The notes below the pieces were generated by a model. That model was not told where the DNA came from. It did no database searches and was given only the letters and a program-made list of their open reading frames with translations. From the NCBI GenBank assembly GCA_964501035.1, contig CAZCRK010000004.1, forward strand, positions 51,025 through 71,024: a stretch of DNA of 20,000 bases, given 5' to 3'. This document shows, in pieces, positions 16,745 to 20,000 of the stretch. The translations under genes and the position numbers were made by a program. The first letter of the stretch is position 1; every line of letters starts with the position of its first letter.

Positions 16745-16921
16745 TTATTTATTCTCTTTTTGAAGTATGTTTCTTATTTTATATTTAATATTATAAATAC
16801 TGTGCTCATTTAACAAATCATCAAGAAAATCCAAAATTTGCATATAATCATCTTTCATTATTGTTAGCTTAGTATTTGGTAAAACTTCAATCACTCTTTT
16901 ATTTGTATCAGTTTCTAGCAT
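16745..16921 (-). CDS. Small hypothetical protein, 58 aa
   Basis: Below the ORF-track cutoff: MLETDTNKRVIEVLPNTKLTIMKDDYMQILDFLDDLLNEHSIYNIKYKIRNILQKENK*. A perfect AGGAGG SD (16926-16931) overlaps the upstream TAG stop. Confidence 0.6.
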   Translation of the reverse strand: MLETDTNKRVIEVLPNTKLTIMKDDYMQILDFLDDLLNEHSIYNIKYKIRNILQKENK

Positions 16922-16929
16922 TTAACCTC

Positions 16930-17736
16930 CTATTTTAATAGCATCATTTTGTGAACAATAAATTTTTCATTTGATACAACTTGTACAAGATAAAACCCTG
17001 ATGGATAACTTGAAGCATTCCATGTAACATTATACAGTCCAATCTTCAAATATCCACTATAAATTCTTTCAATCAATTTTCCTTGAATATCAAAGATATC
17101 TATGGAATAATCTCCTGCAACCCCATTTGTAATATATAAATTAGTTTCTGGATTAAACGGGTTAGGATAGTTTGAAATAGAAATTGTATTTGGAAATTCA
17201 AAATTGTTATTGCTTTGTTCAGGTTCAGTATACCCAAATCCAGGTGTACCATAGTTGTATTGTCCGTACATATTTGTAGTAGATTCCACCCAGTTTTCAT
17301 TATTATTATTATCAAGATTTACATCTATCAATTCCATTGAATGACCTGCTGAAAATGGAAACTCACTATCCCACTTTACAATATCAACTGTATCAAGGGT
17401 TGTATTCAATAAAATTAACTCATCTTCGCTATTTGCTAATATTATTGAAGAATAATCATAATTAAATGGTAAATCATCATTCTGAACAGAATCTCTAGCA
17501 AAAACCAAATAAGAGTATGGTTCGATATCTAGAGCATGTTGAATAACATGATAATCATGTGTTGAATCTTTAATCGTCCATCCTTCTAAATTAACAACAT
17601 CATTAGAATTATTATATAATTCAAACCATTCAGCATGAGTGTCAGTAAATTCTAAAGGATTATTCATTATTTCAGTAATAACAATTTGTGGAAACATAAC
17701 TGAAGTATATAAAAGTAAAATTATAGTTTTGTTCAT
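16930..17736 (-). CDS. Lamin tail domain protein with T9SS-type/FlgD-like C-terminal sorting domain
   Basis: Signal peptide; LTD motifs IVITEIM.NP....EWFELYN....NL.GW.I.D and GTPG; C-terminal NYPNPFNPET...IFDIQGK.I......W.AS..PSG.Y.V........K..LLK. Confidence 0.85.
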   Translation of the reverse strand: MNKTIILLLYTSVMFPQIVITEIMNNPLEFTDTHAEWFELYNNSNDVVNLEGWTIKDSTHDYHVIQHALDIEPYSYLVFARDSVQNDDLPFNYDYSSIILANSEDELILLNTTLDTVDIVKWDSEFPFSAGHSMELIDVNLDNNNNENWVESTTNMYGQYNYGTPGFGYTEPEQSNNNFEFPNTISISNYPNPFNPETNLYITNGVAGDYSIDIFDIQGKLIERIYSGYLKIGLYNVTWNASSYPSGFYLVQVVSNEKFIVHKMMLLK

Positions 17737-18287
17737 AATCCAGCACCTACAGAAATAATAGCTTTATCATTAATACTAGAATACATGAGTTTCACTAACC
17801 AATGTCCAATTGAATTTCTCATATCGAAAGTGTAAATGAACCCAATATTGAAAATTGTTGAAAATTTCACTTCATTACTATCATTCCAAAATTCATGATT
17901 TATTGAAGTTTCATCATTTTCTTCTACATACTTTTGAAATAAGGTTGATTTATTAATTCCTAAAGTCAAAAAAGTTGATAATTTTTCATATAACATAAAT
18001 GTAGGACCTAAAGAAATTGAATTATTCATTACATTTGAATTTATAGTTTGAAAACCATTATCAGTATTCAAAGTATTATTATTTAATTCAAGTATTTCAC
18101 TTTTTTCAACAGGTAAGCTTTCTAAGCTGACGATACTAAGCCAACCAGTTTTTTCTGTTAATCGTTGACCAATTGAGAAAGATACAGATTGATCTGTTAG
18201 AGAAAACCCCGCAGAAGCCCAAACAAAGTCAGATAACTGTGAAAAGGAAAAACTTAAAAATGAAACTATAATTAAAGTATTCAGCAT
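17733..18287 (-). CDS. Hypothetical secreted protein, possibly a small outer-membrane beta-barrel
   Basis: Signal peptide and alternating hydrophobic strands (SISLGPTFM, TFLTLGIN, IFNIGFIY, IISVGAGL). GAGGTG SD. ATGA overlap with the downstream gene. Confidence 0.6.
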   Translation of the reverse strand: MLNTLIIVSFLSFSFSQLSDFVWASAGFSLTDQSVSFSIGQRLTEKTGWLSIVSLESLPVEKSEILELNNNTLNTDNGFQTINSNVMNNSISLGPTFMLYEKLSTFLTLGINKSTLFQKYVEENDETSINHEFWNDSNEVKFSTIFNIGFIYTFDMRNSIGHWLVKLMYSSINDKAIISVGAGL

Positions 18288-18342
18288 TAGGACACCTCTT
18301 TATTCTTTTAGAAATTTAAGGCTAAATAGTATTAATATAAAA

Positions 18343-19839
18343 TTAATATTTTATATTATACATAATTGAAACTGTAGCATCATAATATTTGGCATTTTTA
18401 TAAATATTTTTTGTATACATGTAGCTTAATGAATAACCTAAATTAAAATTACTTGGTAACTTAATTTGACTACTGAGTGTAAAGACTTCTCTAAGTTTGT
18501 TTTTATTAGAAATTGCCTCTATATTATATTCTGGGGTTCCGAAACTTGTGTTTTCGTATGAAATGGTATATATGTTTTGACCCTTCAACCAATTGAGAGA
18601 TGCTATAAAATCATGTGAATCTCCCCTACTCCAATATCCGAGAGGGTATCCATTATGTTCTGGAATGTTAATTTCAAATTTATGTGTATATATTTGCGGT
18701 GTTAGATTAGCATATTCCATTTTAAGTAAAACTGAATTTCTCAAAAGTGAAGAAAATCCAAACTGCCACGCAAACCAGTTATGATTATCATCAGTAAATG
18801 TTTTATAAGGTGACCACTCATCCATATAAAAAGCACCATAAATCCTATTAGTTTTCACAATCCATTCCCAATCTAGACCCATTTGAAGATTGTCAATATC
18901 TCCATTTGAATGTTGAGCTGACCAATATGGCATGAGTGGATTTAAATAATTCATAGATAACTTCGCACCCGTAATTATTTGTTCATAAAGTCCAAATCTG
19001 AAATTAGTTTTTGGAACAACATCTAATCTATGTTGAATAACATAACGAGGTAATTGTGGTAATCTATTTTGCCCAGAATCATCTTGGTATAACTCTAAAA
19101 GTGAACTATCAACCACAGTGGAGTTTAGGTTTCCAACTAAATATGTAAAATGAAATTTATCAGAAATGTTAGTATGAAATCTAAATTGTTGAAAGCTAGG
19201 TGCTTTTTGTGATATGCTTAAATTCCCTCGAGCAAATGGACCTAAACTACTATTAAACTTTCCAAAAACTAACTCAGAACTTTTTGAAATTAACGCAATT
19301 CCACCTTGACCTTCATCAAAATCAACTCCATTATCAGGTTTTTCAGTATTTACAATATACTCCGTGTTGTTATACGGTGTATAATTAAATGAGGTATAAT
19401 AATTTTCAGAACTTAAATCAATTTCATTTCCATTAAATCCATAAGCAGAATGTTTGTGAAATCTACCCCATGCATAAAACCAAATCCCAGACATTGGGTT
19501 AATAAGTGGTATTGTTGTTGTTATTTTAACTCCTGGAGTAATCCATAATACAGAACTTGGTGTATTGGCAGAGTCTAGTTCAAAACCAGAACTACTAAAC
19601 CTCATTGCAAAGATTGGTTCTAGCTTCACTGTTTTATTTATCTTTTGGAATAGGTTAATATATTCTTCAGGTGGAACCTTTTCTCGAACGGGAAACAAAA
19701 ATAAATCTTCATTTATATATGCATTTTGAATTGAATAAATTTCATTTATTATATATTCACTCTTGGTTGCATCAAGATTCAAACCTTGACTTTGTAAATT
19801 GGATACAAAAATGAACAAAAATAAAAATAAATATTTCAT
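18343..19839 (-). CDS. Capsule assembly Wzi-like outer-membrane beta-barrel protein
   Basis: Signal peptide; GK...SLGP..RGNL.IS..AP, HRL...P...F.FGLYEQ, YLNP....AQHS.GD.DN.Q.G.D, IYG.F..DE and PLGY; C-terminal aromatic residue. Confidence 0.65.
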   Translation of the reverse strand: MKYLFLFLFIFVSNLQSQGLNLDATKSEYIINEIYSIQNAYINEDLFLFPVREKVPPEEYINLFQKINKTVKLEPIFAMRFSSSGFELDSANTPSSVLWITPGVKITTTIPLINPMSGIWFYAWGRFHKHSAYGFNGNEIDLSSENYYTSFNYTPYNNTEYIVNTEKPDNGVDFDEGQGGIALISKSSELVFGKFNSSLGPFARGNLSISQKAPSFQQFRFHTNISDKFHFTYLVGNLNSTVVDSSLLELYQDDSGQNRLPQLPRYVIQHRLDVVPKTNFRFGLYEQIITGAKLSMNYLNPLMPYWSAQHSNGDIDNLQMGLDWEWIVKTNRIYGAFYMDEWSPYKTFTDDNHNWFAWQFGFSSLLRNSVLLKMEYANLTPQIYTHKFEINIPEHNGYPLGYWSRGDSHDFIASLNWLKGQNIYTISYENTSFGTPEYNIEAISNKNKLREVFTLSSQIKLPSNFNLGYSLSYMYTKNIYKNAKYYDATVSIMYNIKY

Positions 19840-19840
19840 A

Positions 19841-20000
19841 TTATTGTGACTTGTTTGCTATTATCATAAAGCATAAAGTAAGAATATTAATGACATAAAT
19901 AATATTGTATTTTCGTATAAATTTATTTTGCAGTAATATTTTATATACTAAAAATAAAATAAGTAAGTGAAAAGACGTATATGCAATTGGAGTATAATCA
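19841..20000 (-). CDS. 3' end of a probable membrane protein (begins beyond the right edge)
   Basis: Open frame ...DYTPIAYTSFHLLILFLVYKILLQNKFIRKYNIIYVINILTLCFMIIANKSQ* with two hydrophobic stretches. The stop lies 1 nt before the next ATG (TAA T ATG), as at the sppA/HU junction. Confidence 0.55.
   Translation of the reverse strand, partial: DYTPIAYTSFHLLILFLVYKILLQNKFIRKYNIIYVINILTLCFMIIANKSQ

Noticed and set aside
7955..18784. Remaining short track ORFs 7955-8137, 10774-11022, 12488-12679, 17100-17315 and 18593-18784
   Set aside because: All lie within well-supported genes on the opposite strand or in another frame.
1..20000. CRISPR array, tRNA/rRNA, IS element, prophage, recoded stop codons
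   Set aside because: No regularly spaced repeats, RNA gene signatures, or transposase/phage motifs were seen by eye. Conserved genes are full length under the standard code.

Overview
Low-GC bacterial chromosomal segment, standard code. Dockerin domains, a 'YPNPFNP' T9SS-like C-terminal domain, DUF2851 and bS22 point to the FCB group, most likely Marinisomatota/SAR406 or a relative (inference). Most of the window is housekeeping. On the left are a partial transketolase-like gene, a DUF885 lipoprotein, murQ and a CNNM/CBS-CorC protein. A tightly coupled minus-strand block follows: serS-plsC-DUF2851-mltD-sppA-HU-bS22-xseA-xseB-nadK. On the right is a minus-strand envelope cluster: partial membrane protein, Wzi-like protein, small beta-barrel-like protein, lamin-tail/T9SS-CTD protein and a 58-aa ORF. 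Four coding regions missing from the ORF track were recovered by hand: 1-1384, 10646-10741, 16745-16921 and 19841-20000. The most unusual element is a 756-aa secreted, very acidic protein with about 65 Cys (5329-7599). It strings together Ig-like, animal-like CGGC, Kazal, thyroglobulin type-1, duplicated LNR-like, pacifastin-like and dockerin modules. It sits divergently from a dUTPase that resembles the apicomplexan (Plasmodium-type) enzyme rather than the usual bacterial Dut. No rRNA, tRNA, CRISPR array, IS or prophage gene was recognised.
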